64,000 bases of DNA from Candidatus Pacearchaeota archaeon (GCA_018304025.1 JAGVXA010000001.1:2431-66430); one strand, 5' to 3'; positions 26,422 through 36,633 are shown, counted from the first letter of the stretch. Numbers and translations: made by a program. The notes: a model not told the origin generated them from the letters alone.

Positions 26422-27635
26422 TTTCGCAGCGCCTCGACGGGATTTAATTTAGATGCCTGATAAGCTGGGACAAGTCCTGAGAGAATTCCTATCACTAAAG
26501 AGAACAAAATTGCTCCGATAAGCAACGGTATCGACGGCGAGACTTTGAAAATTGTTTCGCCCAGAGCTGAGTTAGCTGCGCCCGCCACGCCTAATGCCAT
26601 TGAAAGTCCGATTGCTGCGCCGACTAAACCGCCGACTAATCCTAGCAAAGCAGATTCAATTAAAAAAATTGTCAGGATGTCTTTGTTCTGCGCGCCGATT
26701 GCTTTCATCACTCCGATTTCTCTTGTTCTTTCTAACACGGATGTGAACATTGTGTTTGTGATTCCGATTCCGCCGACGAGAAGCGCTATCGCAGCGATTC
26801 CTGTTACGACGATATTAATCACTGTCAAAATTGTTCTTATTGAAGAAAGCGCCTGGAGCGGCGTCTGAACAGAAAAATCTTCCTCTCCTTCTTTTTGATT
26901 TCTGTCTTTTCTTAATTTTCTTTCTATGTCCTGAGCTACTTGCTCTATCTTGTCTGCGTCCTGGACTTTTATCGCGATTATATCTATTTCATCTCCGATA
27001 CTCATAAGAGATCTCATATCGTCTTCCTGCATCAAGATTACAGAATTCAAAACAAATGTACTTGTTTTTTTCAAAATTCCTACGACTTCGTAATTTTTTC
27101 CAAGGATTTCGAGATTTGAGCCAAGCTGTATTTCTTTATCAAATGAATCTTGGCTTACAAAATCGTCGCCTATGACTATTTTTCCTTTTTCGTCGGGTTT
27201 TAACATTCTGCCTTGGGCGATTTCTAAACCTGCTGAATTAAATATTTCATCAATTTGCTCCTTGTTTTCAGGCATTGAACCCAGATACCTGAACTGAGTA
27301 ATTTCATTGTAGTCAACTTTTGTTATTCTCACCAGCCTGGGGATTGCAAGTTTTACGCCGGGAACTTGCTCGACTAATTCTAAGTCGTGGTCTGTTAATT
27401 TTCTTACAGCTGTTGCGCCCGGCGGGCCGAATCCTGTTTCTGCGCTTGACAACGTTAAAGTATCTGTTGAGAGAGAACCGAATTGTCCTGTGATTGCTGT
27501 TTCCAATCCTTGTCCCAGAGAGATTAAAGAAACGACTGCTGCTATACCGATGAAAATTCCTAACATTGTAAGCCAGGAACGGATGCCTCGCTTACGGACG
27601 TTTTTTAGTGCGAGGAGAAAGTAGTCGGAGAGCAT
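26418..27635 (-). CDS. ABC transporter permease, MacB/FtsX type (permease A)
   Basis: Same architecture as permease B. The extracytoplasmic domains are diverged, but the FtsX core peptide is identical. Confidence 0.85.
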   Translation of the reverse strand: MLSDYFLLALKNVRKRGIRSWLTMLGIFIGIAAVVSLISLGQGLETAITGQFGSLSTDTLTLSSAETGFGPPGATAVRKLTDHDLELVEQVPGVKLAIPRLVRITKVDYNEITQFRYLGSMPENKEQIDEIFNSAGLEIAQGRMLKPDEKGKIVIGDDFVSQDSFDKEIQLGSNLEILGKNYEVVGILKKTSTFVLNSVILMQEDDMRSLMSIGDEIDIIAIKVQDADKIEQVAQDIERKLRKDRNQKEGEEDFSVQTPLQALSSIRTILTVINIVVTGIAAIALLVGGIGITNTMFTSVLERTREIGVMKAIGAQNKDILTIFLIESALLGLVGGLVGAAIGLSMALGVAGAANSALGETIFKVSPSIPLLIGAILFSLVIGILSGLVPAYQASKLNPVEALRK

Positions 27636-27639
27636 GGGA

Positions 27640-27975
27640 TTATCTCCCTTGTTTTTCTTCAGTTGATTGCGAAGATTGAGTTTCTGTTTTTTCTAATACT
27701 TTTTGAAGACCGTCGACAAGGGCGCGAATCATTGGAACCGTGACTTTATTTATTGGAAGAGCTATTCTTCCCCCGCCATTTTCTGCTTTTCCGTCAATAT
27801 ACACGACGCCAAGCATTTCAAACAAATTATCGCTAACTGAAAAAGCATTCAATTGGTACCTTCCTTTTACTGGAACATATCTCAGCAAATCTTCTCCAAC
27901 GTCTAGCTGACCATTGCAAAGAACTCTGTCTCGAGATTTATCCGTTTCTCTAACTAATAAATAATCTTGAGACAT
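27640..27975 (-). CDS. Orphan small protein (111 aa) in the ABC operon
   Basis: A 1-nt gap to the upstream gene and a 4-nt gap to the permease. No TM segment. No family recognised. Confidence 0.55.
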   Translation of the reverse strand: MSQDYLLVRETDKSRDRVLCNGQLDVGEDLLRYVPVKGRYQLNAFSVSDNLFEMLGVVYIDGKAENGGGRIALPINKVTVPMIRALVDGLQKVLEKTETQSSQSTEEKQGR

Positions 27976-27976
27976 T

Positions 27977-28831
27977 TTATCTGCTCCCTTCTTGGATACT
28001 GCGTTTTATTCTGCGTCGTTTTCGTATTGAACGGTAAATTAAGTAGAGGATTATTATTCCTATTACACCACCGACGTAATATGGGGTGAGATTTGGTTTT
28101 ATGATTCCCAACTCAAGAGCTTTTTCCTGCGAATAAACTGTCAATGGGAGATTAACATTTTCGGTTGCTTCTGAATTATCAGAGTTTTTGTATTCGACAA
28201 TTGCTTCGAAATCTGCGTTTGTTTTCTTGAAGATTACATCGAATGCTGCTGTTTCAAAATCGTCTGAGCTGACTGTTCCGATATATACTTCGTCTTCTGA
28301 AAGCAAGGTGTAGCCGTTTGGAATTAATTTTACTGACACGAAACGCGCGTCTGCAAATCCTTTGTTGACTATCTTGAATGTGATTTGCCCTGTTTTGTCT
28401 ATGACTGCGTTTTCTGTGTTTATTGTAAATGTCAAGTCAGGGTCTGCTGTTACTTTTACTCCGATTGTTCCGGTTTTTGTTTTCTGTTCTGAGTTTAATC
28501 GGTAAGATAGTGTGTAAGGAATTTCGTAATCCTTGGGTGTTACATCTGAAGAGGATTTTATTCTGAAAACAAAGTTTTCTTCGTCGTCTTTCTGAATTTC
28601 TTCTGCTGTCTGCTCTGAAGTTCCGATTGGGATGAAAGGAAGATTCTGGAAATTCAGCGTTAGTGAAACATCTTCTGCGTCGTCGTTGAACACGTTTTCA
28701 ACTTCGATATTTATTACGCCTTCCTGTCCTGGTGTAAGTATTGGAGTGTTTACTGAATTAATCATTATTGCTGAAGCTAAGTTTAGTGCTAGTATCAGCG
28801 CAAATATTGCTGTGATTGATTGTTTTATCAT
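27977..28831 (-). CDS. Secreted CARDB/COG1361-like surface protein with C-terminal TM plus basic tail
   Basis: Signal peptide MIKQSITAIFALILALNLASA. Two beta-sandwich-like modules (INIEVENVFNDDAEDV, ITFKIVNKGFADARFV). Tail is YYVGGVIGIIILYLIYRSIRKRRRIKR. Confidence 0.75.
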   Translation of the reverse strand: MIKQSITAIFALILALNLASAIMINSVNTPILTPGQEGVINIEVENVFNDDAEDVSLTLNFQNLPFIPIGTSEQTAEEIQKDDEENFVFRIKSSSDVTPKDYEIPYTLSYRLNSEQKTKTGTIGVKVTADPDLTFTINTENAVIDKTGQITFKIVNKGFADARFVSVKLIPNGYTLLSEDEVYIGTVSSDDFETAAFDVIFKKTNADFEAIVEYKNSDNSEATENVNLPLTVYSQEKALELGIIKPNLTPYYVGGVIGIIILYLIYRSIRKRRRIKRSIQEGSR

Positions 28832-28885
28832 AATTTTTTGATGGACTACTGGGTATTTAAGTTTTGTGGAGTGTCATTTAGAAGT

Positions 28886-29596
28886 TTATACAATCTTCCA
28901 TTTCCCTTTTATTTTTTTCATGACTCTTTCGATTTTGCCGTCTTTGACTTGGTAAATTGTCTTTGAATGTTTTTGCGCGACTTCGGGAGAGTGGGTGACC
29001 ATGATTATTGTTTTCCCTGACTTGTTAAGATTGTCAAGAAAATTCATTACTATTTCCCCTGTTTTTGTGTCGAGGTTTCCTGTTGGCTCGTCGGCAAGAA
29101 TAACTTCGGGATCGTTGGACAAAGCTCTTGCTATTGCGACTCTTTGCTGTTCGCCTCCGGATAATTGGGCTGGGTAGTGATCCATTCTATCTGCTAAATC
29201 TACCATCTCGAGAAGTTTTTCTGCCTGTTCGTTTCTGTATTCTTTTTCTGTTCCTTGGAAAAGCATTGGGAGAGAGACGTTTTCTTTTGCGGTTAAATTA
29301 GGGATTAGATTGAAAGACTGGAAAATGAATCCGATTTTTTTGCCTCTAATTTGAGCTAGCTGAGATTCGTCGAGATGCTCTATGTCTTTGCCGTCGAGAA
29401 AAATATCTCCGTGCGTGGCTAAATCAAGAGAGCCGACTAAATTCATTGTTGTAGACTTTCCAGAACCAGACGGACCCATTATTGCAACAAAATCTCCCTG
29501 CTCTATTTTGATTGAGATTCCGTCTACTGCCTTGACTAGCTCTTCGCCCATTCGGTAGTATTTTTCTACTTCTTTGAGTTCGATTATGGTTTCCAT
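28886..29596 (-). CDS. ABC transporter ATP-binding protein (MacB/LolD-like)
   Basis: Walker A GPSGSGKST, signature LSGGEQQRVAIARAL, Walker B ILADEPT. Confidence 0.9.
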   Translation of the reverse strand: METIIELKEVEKYYRMGEELVKAVDGISIKIEQGDFVAIMGPSGSGKSTTMNLVGSLDLATHGDIFLDGKDIEHLDESQLAQIRGKKIGFIFQSFNLIPNLTAKENVSLPMLFQGTEKEYRNEQAEKLLEMVDLADRMDHYPAQLSGGEQQRVAIARALSNDPEVILADEPTGNLDTKTGEIVMNFLDNLNKSGKTIIMVTHSPEVAQKHSKTIYQVKDGKIERVMKKIKGKWKIV

Positions 29597-29703
29597 TAGA
29601 ATTTGGATTAGTCGCGGGATTATAAGGCTTGCGGTTTGTTTAAAATTTTATTCTGCAAAAGCAATGGAAACTATCAATAAAATACTTAACCCCATAAAAT
29701 AGG

Positions 29704-29717
29704 AATGTTTATAAATC
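29704..29717 (+). promoter_or_regulatory. TATA-like box (AATGTTTATAAATC) of the fic gene
   Basis: Centred 26 nt upstream of ATG 29737. Confidence 0.4.
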
Positions 29718-29736
29718 TGTGGGGATAAAATAATCC

Positions 29737-30675
29737 ATGCACATCAAAGAAAAAACAGTAAACAAAAAGAAATACAAATATTTAGTCAAATCTATCCGTC
29801 TCCCAAACGGACAAATAAAAAAAATTGAAAAAATCTATAAAGGGGAACCGAAAAAAGAAATTGAAAAGATTCTTGAAGAGAAAGAAAGAAAAGAATACGC
29901 AAGATACATGCTAAAAAACTTCAGCACAAATCATATTTTTACAGAAGAAGAATTTGAAAAAATAGAAGATATAAAGATAAACTACAGAAAAGTTATAAAA
30001 AAACTTACGAAATCAACCTTGAGAGATTTGTTAGACAGATTCACGGCAAACTTTACTTATGAAAGCAATGCTCTCGAGGGAAATTCCCTGACATTAAAAA
30101 ATGTTGCAATGATAATGTTTGAAAATACTACGATAAGGGGGAAAGATTTAAGAGAGATTTATGAAACGCGCAATTCAAGAAAATTAATTGAACAAATTAT
30201 GCAAAATAAATTTTCTGTCTCTAATGAAGATATAATAAAAATGCACAAACTTCTTGTAAAAGACACAGGCATTCAGACAGGATACAAAAAGTTTCCAAAT
30301 GAGATCATTGGCAGAAATATTAAAACTGCTCTTCCGGAAGAAGTTCAAAAAAGGATGGATGGGTTAATTGAATGGTATGAACAAAACAAAGAAAAAATTC
30401 ATCCAATAGAACTTGCAGGGCTTTTGCATGGGAAGTTTGAGCAAATCCATCCCTTTGAAGACGGCAATGGAAGAGTCGGACGATTTCTAATAAATATTAT
30501 TCTTGTAAGCAATAAATATCCTCCGTTAATAATTAGAAAATCCCAACGCATTTCTTATCTTAAATCACTTGAAAATTTTGATAATAAACATACTGACTCC
30601 TTAAGAAGATTCGTACTTGAAAGATTTAAAGAAACCTACAAAAAATTTTTTGAAGTTTATGTTAAATATATTTAA
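29737..30675 (+). CDS. Fic-family protein (AMPylase-type) with N-terminal inhibitory motif
   Basis: Active-site loop HPFEDGNGRVGR. Upstream SNALEG matches (S/T)xxxE(G/N). Very AT-rich gene. Confidence 0.85.
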   Translation: MHIKEKTVNKKKYKYLVKSIRLPNGQIKKIEKIYKGEPKKEIEKILEEKERKEYARYMLKNFSTNHIFTEEEFEKIEDIKINYRKVIKKLTKSTLRDLLDRFTANFTYESNALEGNSLTLKNVAMIMFENTTIRGKDLREIYETRNSRKLIEQIMQNKFSVSNEDIIKMHKLLVKDTGIQTGYKKFPNEIIGRNIKTALPEEVQKRMDGLIEWYEQNKEKIHPIELAGLLHGKFEQIHPFEDGNGRVGRFLINIILVSNKYPPLIIRKSQRISYLKSLENFDNKHTDSLRRFVLERFKETYKKFFEVYVKYI

Positions 30676-30749
30676 GAGTCATATGAGATAGAGTTTATAG
30701 GAAAGATATTTAAGCGTGATTAGTTAGAGAATAAAAAAGAGCAAATAAA

Positions 30750-31607
30750 ATGTTAGAAATGTTGATTAATCCCAAGAAGGCTGAGAGGCGGCCGTGGGAG
30801 ATGTTTTTCATCGGACTGTTGTATGCTTCGCTTTCTATACTTTTAGTCGGATGGGTTTTCGCAAAGGATACTGTTTTGGTGAAGATGTCGGGAATTTTAG
30901 TTGTGCTTTTTACAGTGATGTTTTCTATTCCTTTTATTTATTATACCTTGAGGCTGGAAGAAGACCGGATAACTAAGGGGAAAGGAAGCTTTCAATTGAT
31001 ACGGGACCACAGGCACGCGATTTACGCTTTTCTCTGGCTGTTCATTGGATTTACTGTTGCGTTTGCTTTTTGGTACAGTGTTTTGCCGACGACAGAAAGT
31101 TTTCGGGCGCAGATTGAAACTTACTGCATGATTAACCGCCCGGCGAATTTTAATGAATGTGTTGCGCAATACGGGGTCAAAGATGTTGCTGTCACGACTC
31201 CTTTTCTGACTAACAAGGAAAGATTATTTTTGATTTTTACGAATAACATGTATGTGCTGATTTTTACTTTAGTTTTCTCGTTGATTTTTGGCGCGGGAGT
31301 TATTTTTATCCTGGCGTGGAATGCTTCTGTTATCGGCGCGGCGATAGGAATATTTACTAATTCTTCCCTGAAAGCACTGCCCTTGGGTTTATTGAGATAC
31401 ATGATTCACGGGCTTCCGGAAATAGCTGCTTATTTTCTTGTTGCTCTTGCCGGCGGATTAGTTTCAATCGCGGTTATCAAACACGAATCAGGGACTGACA
31501 AATTCTGGGGAGTTTTGCAGGATTCTTTGAACTTGATTATTCTGGCAATTGTTGTTTTATTTTTGGCGGCGTTGATGGAAGTTTTTGTTACTCCTTTACT
31601 TTTCTGA
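30750..31607 (+). CDS. SpoIIM/DUF95-family membrane protein
   Basis: Polytopic, with LAWNASVIGAAIG and HGLPEIAAYFLVALAGG strings typical of the family. Confidence 0.7.
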   Translation: MLEMLINPKKAERRPWEMFFIGLLYASLSILLVGWVFAKDTVLVKMSGILVVLFTVMFSIPFIYYTLRLEEDRITKGKGSFQLIRDHRHAIYAFLWLFIGFTVAFAFWYSVLPTTESFRAQIETYCMINRPANFNECVAQYGVKDVAVTTPFLTNKERLFLIFTNNMYVLIFTLVFSLIFGAGVIFILAWNASVIGAAIGIFTNSSLKALPLGLLRYMIHGLPEIAAYFLVALAGGLVSIAVIKHESGTDKFWGVLQDSLNLIILAIVVLFLAALMEVFVTPLLF

Positions 31608-31608
31608 T

Positions 31609-31625
31609 AAGATTTATATAATGGG
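31609..31625 (+). promoter_or_regulatory. TATA-like box (AAGATTTATATAATGGG) of aglB
   Basis: Centred 26 nt upstream of ATG 31642. Confidence 0.4.
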
Positions 31626-31641
31626 AGTTTTATGTGAATAG

Positions 31642-34404
31642 ATGGCAGATGAAATTCTTAAAGCAGAAGAAAAATTTGTTGAAGATAAGGGCGGAAAAGC
31701 GGGCTCTGAAGAGGAATTGATTGAAAAGAGAAAAAAGAAAGTTATTGGCTTTTTGAAAACGCGCTATGAATGGATTAGTTATGTTGTTCTGGCTGTTGTT
31801 GTTTTTCTGGCTGTTCGGATAAGGACGCAGAATTTGTCGGGGCTTAAGGATGTCACGACGGGAACCTGGACTTTGGGGCCTGACTTGGACCCTTTCTTTT
31901 TCTTGAGGATGGCAGAGTATATTTTCGAGCACGGAAAAATTATGGCTGTTGACATGATGAGATATGTTCCGCTGGGATTTAATACCGGCGAAGAATACTT
32001 GCTCCATCCGTACATGATGGTGTGGTTTCATAAGTATCTCGGGCCCTTGCTTGGAAGCGAATCTATGACGCATTCTGCTGTTTTGTATCCTGTGTTTATG
32101 TTTGCCCTGACTGTGATTGCTTTTTTCCTTTTGACGAGGATTATTTTTGCCGAGCAGATTGGAGCGAAAAATGCGAATATTATTGCGCTAATTGCTTCTT
32201 TCTTTCTGGCTGTGATGCCTTCTTTACTGCCGAGAACGATTGCGGGAATTCCTGAAAAAGAATCTGCTGCATTTTTATTTTTGTTTTTGGCGTTTTACTT
32301 TTTTCTAGCGTCTTGGAAAGCCAAGGGGATGAAACTCAGAATTGTCTGGGGATTATTGGCTGGCTTGGCAACTTATGCGATGGCTAATATTTGGGGAGGA
32401 TACATCTACATATTCACAGTTATCGGACTTGCGTCTTTCTTGGTATTTATTTTGGGCAAGATGGACAAAGAAAAAATTTATACTTACTCTCTTTGGATTT
32501 TATCTTCTATTATCTTAATGACTGGTTTTTCTGGCAGGTATACTTTAAGAAATTTGATTAGTTCAGCTAATACTGCTCCAGCAATAATTGTTTTTTTCAT
32601 TTTGCTAGTTCATTTGTTAATCTTCAAAACCAATTTAAAGAAATATTTTGAAACTGGAAAAGTCTCCAAGATTCCGAAAGAGATTACTTCGACGATTATT
32701 GCGGTTGTTGTGATTTTTATCCTGGCGAGCATATTCTTTGGAGTGTCTTTTATTTTTGTGAACATCAAAGGAATTATAAATATCCTCGTCAAACCGGCGC
32801 AGAGCAGATTAATCCAAACTGTTGCGGAAAACAGACAGCCGTATTTCACAGAATGGGAATCCAGTTTTGGACCGCACGTTAAAGGCCTTGCGCTGACATT
32901 CTGGCTATTTTTTATCGGTTCTATTTATTTGTTTTACAACATGATTAAAAATTTAAGAAATAAAGAAAGAAAAATTTTGACTTTTACTTATTTTATTTTC
33001 TTGATTTCTCTTGTCTTTAGCAGATATTCCGGAAGCAGCATATTTAACGGAGAGAATTTTACGAGCTTGTTTGTTTATGCCGGCGGATTTTTATTATTTT
33101 TATTTAGCTTTGGATTTTATTACTACCAGTATTACAAAAAAGGAGAGTTTGAGAAATTAAAGGAAATTGATTTTGGATTTGTTCTTTTGTTTATCTTTTT
33201 CTTTATGAGTATTTTGTCTGCGCGGGCTGCGGTCAGAACAATTATGGTTCTTGTTCCGTCTGCTTCGATTATAATATCTTATTTTCTGGTTGTTTCTATC
33301 AATGATGCAAGAAAAGTCAAAGATGAATTTTGGAAAGTAATTGTCTGGATTTTGGTAGGGCTGATTATTTTGTCTGCTGCATTTTCGGGGTGGGCATACT
33401 ACAACGGCGCTAACGCGCAGGCTAAAGGATACATCCCGTCTATTTATACACATCAGTGGCAAAAATCAATGGCGTGGGTCAGAGAGAATACGACGGAAAC
33501 TGCTGTGTTTGGGCATTGGTGGGATTATGGCTACTGGCTGCAGACTATCGGAGAAAGGGCAACTGTTTTGGATGGGGGAAATGCAATGCCTTATTGGAAT
33601 CACATGATGGGAAGATACGCCTTGACTGGAACAGATAACAGACAGGCTCTTGAATTTTTGTACGCGCATAACACAACTCATTTCTTAATTGACTCGACTG
33701 ACATTGGAAAATATTCTGCGTTTTCAACTATCGGAAGCGACGTGAACTATGACAGGGCAAGTTATATTCCGACATTTTCAAAAAATAATCAAGCAACACA
33801 AGAAAAGAAAAATTCAACTGTTTATTTCTACCAAGGCGGAGTGAGCTTAGACGAAGATATTGTTTATGAAGAAAATGGAACAAAAATATTTTTGCCGGCT
33901 GGTTCTGCCGGAGTCGGTGCTGTTTTTATAGAAAAGAATGCGGGAGGAGAAATAATTAGTCCGCCGCAGGGAATTTTTGTTTACCAAGGAAAACAGTATT
34001 CCCTCCCGTTGAGATATGCTTACGACAAGAAGTTTATTGATTTTGGTTCTGGAATAGATTCTGGCATTTTCTTGTTTCCAAGATTGAATCAAGAAGGAAA
34101 TAATTTTGGCATCGAAGAAGACGGAGCTTTATTATATCTCACCAAAAGAACTGTAAAATCCCAGCTCGCGCGACTTTACTTGTATAAAGAAAATAACCCT
34201 AATTTCAAATTAGTTCATTCAGAAGATGACTTTGTTGTTGACTCGATAAAGTCTCAAAATCCTGCGTTTGATTCTGATTTTCTTGATTACCAAGGATTTA
34301 GAGGGCCGATTAGAATTTGGGAAATTGAGTATCCTCGCGACATTGAATTGAAAGAAGAATATTTGAGCACGGATTATCCTGCAGAAATAAAATTTGCCAC
34401 ATGA
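31642..34404 (+). CDS. aglB: Oligosaccharyltransferase AglB (STT3 family)
   Basis: 920 aa. ~13 TM N-terminal domain with GPDLDPFFFLR in the first loop, then FGHWWDYGYW (WWDYG motif) and a soluble C-terminal domain. Confidence 0.9.
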   Translation: MADEILKAEEKFVEDKGGKAGSEEELIEKRKKKVIGFLKTRYEWISYVVLAVVVFLAVRIRTQNLSGLKDVTTGTWTLGPDLDPFFFLRMAEYIFEHGKIMAVDMMRYVPLGFNTGEEYLLHPYMMVWFHKYLGPLLGSESMTHSAVLYPVFMFALTVIAFFLLTRIIFAEQIGAKNANIIALIASFFLAVMPSLLPRTIAGIPEKESAAFLFLFLAFYFFLASWKAKGMKLRIVWGLLAGLATYAMANIWGGYIYIFTVIGLASFLVFILGKMDKEKIYTYSLWILSSIILMTGFSGRYTLRNLISSANTAPAIIVFFILLVHLLIFKTNLKKYFETGKVSKIPKEITSTIIAVVVIFILASIFFGVSFIFVNIKGIINILVKPAQSRLIQTVAENRQPYFTEWESSFGPHVKGLALTFWLFFIGSIYLFYNMIKNLRNKERKILTFTYFIFLISLVFSRYSGSSIFNGENFTSLFVYAGGFLLFLFSFGFYYYQYYKKGEFEKLKEIDFGFVLLFIFFFMSILSARAAVRTIMVLVPSASIIISYFLVVSINDARKVKDEFWKVIVWILVGLIILSAAFSGWAYYNGANAQAKGYIPSIYTHQWQKSMAWVRENTTETAVFGHWWDYGYWLQTIGERATVLDGGNAMPYWNHMMGRYALTGTDNRQALEFLYAHNTTHFLIDSTDIGKYSAFSTIGSDVNYDRASYIPTFSKNNQATQEKKNSTVYFYQGGVSLDEDIVYEENGTKIFLPAGSAGVGAVFIEKNAGGEIISPPQGIFVYQGKQYSLPLRYAYDKKFIDFGSGIDSGIFLFPRLNQEGNNFGIEEDGALLYLTKRTVKSQLARLYLYKENNPNFKLVHSEDDFVVDSIKSQNPAFDSDFLDYQGFRGPIRIWEIEYPRDIELKEEYLSTDYPAEIKFAT

Positions 34405-35414
34405 TAGATTATATATTGATAATTCCCATACTAACAAGTTTTTTTGTAACTTTATTTCTCTTACCTTTTTGGATAAAGAAAACTAATGAACTGGGCTTGG
34501 TGTGGCGCGACATGAATAAACTTTCTAATTGGGAAAAGATTTCAGGCTCCGGCGGAGTGATTGCTGTGCTGGGATTTACTATAGGCGTCTTGATTTATGT
34601 TGCGTACAGAGTATTTTATTTAGGAAACTATAACAGCCATCTTGTAGAAATATTTGCCCTGCTAAGCGTTACTTTGATACTGGCGGGCATCGGTTTTATC
34701 GACGATTTGTTTGGGTGGAGAAAGGGGGGATTGTCCAAAAAATCCAGGATTATTTTGGTGCTGTTATCTTCCGTACCATTAATTGCAATTAACGCCGGAA
34801 AAAGTATTGTTAACTTTCCGTTTTTCGGAATAATCGACTTGGGAAATGTTTATCCTCTGATATTTATTCCGATTGGTGTTCTTGGCGCCACGACTACTTA
34901 CAATTTTTTGGCAGGCTTTAACGGACTAGAAGCGGGACAAGGAATTATTTTATTGGGTGCTCTGGGAATAGTTGCTTTTTTTATGCAAAACTCCTGGCTT
35001 TCCGTCATTTGCTTGTGCATGGCTGCAGCATTAGCGGCTTTTTTAACATTTAATTTTTTTCCGGCAAAGGTTTTTCCGGGAGATGTTATGACTTATCCTG
35101 TCGGCGGACTAATAGCTATAATCGCTATTCTCGGAGATTTTGAAAAAATTGCAATATTCTTTTTTATTCCGTATGCTCTTGAAGTTGGCTTAAAATTAAG
35201 GGGGAAATTAATCAGACAAAGTTTTAGCCGCCCGCATGACACTGGGATAGATTTGAGATATGATAAAATATACAGCTTGAACCATTTAGCTATTTATTTG
35301 ATGAAGCGAGCCGGCATAAAACCGGGCGAAAAGAAAACTGTGTTTGCTATCTGGGCATTCCAGCTTTTAATTATTTTAATTGGCTTTGTCATTTTTAGAA
35401 AGGGAATATTTTAA
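34401..35414 (+). CDS. Polyprenyl/dolichyl-phosphate HexNAc-1-phosphate transferase (GT4, MraY/WecA/AglH-like)
   Basis: Polytopic. GFIDDLFGW (DD motif), NFLAGFNGLEAGQG, FPGDV. ATGA overlap with aglB. Confidence 0.8.
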   Translation: MIDYILIIPILTSFFVTLFLLPFWIKKTNELGLVWRDMNKLSNWEKISGSGGVIAVLGFTIGVLIYVAYRVFYLGNYNSHLVEIFALLSVTLILAGIGFIDDLFGWRKGGLSKKSRIILVLLSSVPLIAINAGKSIVNFPFFGIIDLGNVYPLIFIPIGVLGATTTYNFLAGFNGLEAGQGIILLGALGIVAFFMQNSWLSVICLCMAAALAAFLTFNFFPAKVFPGDVMTYPVGGLIAIIAILGDFEKIAIFFFIPYALEVGLKLRGKLIRQSFSRPHDTGIDLRYDKIYSLNHLAIYLMKRAGIKPGEKKTVFAIWAFQLLIILIGFVIFRKGIF

Positions 35415-35415
35415 G

Positions 35416-36633
35416 ATGAAGATGAATAAAGAGCTTGTAAAAGGAAGTTTTATTCTTCTAATTGCATTTGGCGTTTATAATTTTTTAAATTTTGCCTTTC
35501 AATCGAGCATGGCGCGCTTGCTTACGATTGCAGAGTTTGGAGTTTTGTCTGTGCTTTTTAATATTATTTATGTCTTTAGCGGTTTTTCTGATTCAATTCA
35601 AATTACAATCACAAAATATGCGGCGAATGAAAAAGACGACGGGAAAGTAAAAAATATTTTGAAGAGGGCCTTAAAAAAATCGTTTCTTATTTCGCTAATA
35701 CTCTTTCTGGTTTATGTTTTGCTTGCCTTTTTAATTGCCTATTTAACAAAGATTGACTATTTCTTGATTTTGCTGGTTGGTCTCCTAATATTCATATTCT
35801 TTCTTTCTCCGATAACGCGGGGGCTGCTGCAAGGAAAAAGAAAATTTGATTCTCTGGGAATTAACATGTTTTTTGAATCAATCATAAAACTTTTCCTGGC
35901 GATAGTTTTGGTTATGGCTGGGTGGAAGGTTTACGGCGCAATAGCAGGAACTCTGATTGGATGCTTTGTTGCTTTTGGCTTGTCTTTTTTTCATCTTAAG
36001 GATGTAATCAAAGCTAAAGAAACTTTGACGAGCACAAAAGAAATCTATCAGTATGGCGCGCCATCATTTTTTATAGTCATTACGATTCTGATTTTTTACG
36101 GCTTTGATGTTTTCTTAGCCAAAATCTTTTTTCCTTCTGAAATTGCCGGAAAATATGCTATTGCGTCTTTGATGGCAAAAATAATTTTTTTCGGGACTCA
36201 GCCGATAAGCCGGGCCATGTTCCCGATTTCCGCAGAAAAAAATATCAAGAAAGACAAATCCAAAAATATTTTCATGAACGCTTTTTTACTTGTTTGCGTC
36301 GGCATTGCTGCTGTTCTTGCCTTTTTCTATTTTTTTCCTGATTTTGTTATCGAAATTTTTTCTGGAAAGATAATACCTGAGGCAGCAAATATTTTGTTTT
36401 ATTTGGGCATTGCAACAAGTTTGCTTTCTATAACGAATTTAATTCTTTTGTATAAATTGTCTTTGGGAAAAACAAAGGGATGCGTTCATCTTTTAGTTTT
36501 TGCGATTATTGAAATAAGTTTAGTTGCGGTTTATCTCGGCTACTTTCATGCGAACTTATTCCAGTATTCTATTGCGCTTATCGCTGCTTCCGCAATTTTT
36601 TTGTGGGGAGTAATATTCTTATTAAATGAATGA
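35416..36633 (+). CDS. Oligosaccharide flippase (Wzx/MOP superfamily)
   Basis: ~12 TM helices, typical length. ATG 35416 follows directly after the upstream stop. Confidence 0.7.
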   Translation: MKMNKELVKGSFILLIAFGVYNFLNFAFQSSMARLLTIAEFGVLSVLFNIIYVFSGFSDSIQITITKYAANEKDDGKVKNILKRALKKSFLISLILFLVYVLLAFLIAYLTKIDYFLILLVGLLIFIFFLSPITRGLLQGKRKFDSLGINMFFESIIKLFLAIVLVMAGWKVYGAIAGTLIGCFVAFGLSFFHLKDVIKAKETLTSTKEIYQYGAPSFFIVITILIFYGFDVFLAKIFFPSEIAGKYAIASLMAKIIFFGTQPISRAMFPISAEKNIKKDKSKNIFMNAFLLVCVGIAAVLAFFYFFPDFVIEIFSGKIIPEAANILFYLGIATSLLSITNLILLYKLSLGKTKGCVHLLVFAIIEISLVAVYLGYFHANLFQYSIALIAASAIFLWGVIFLLNE

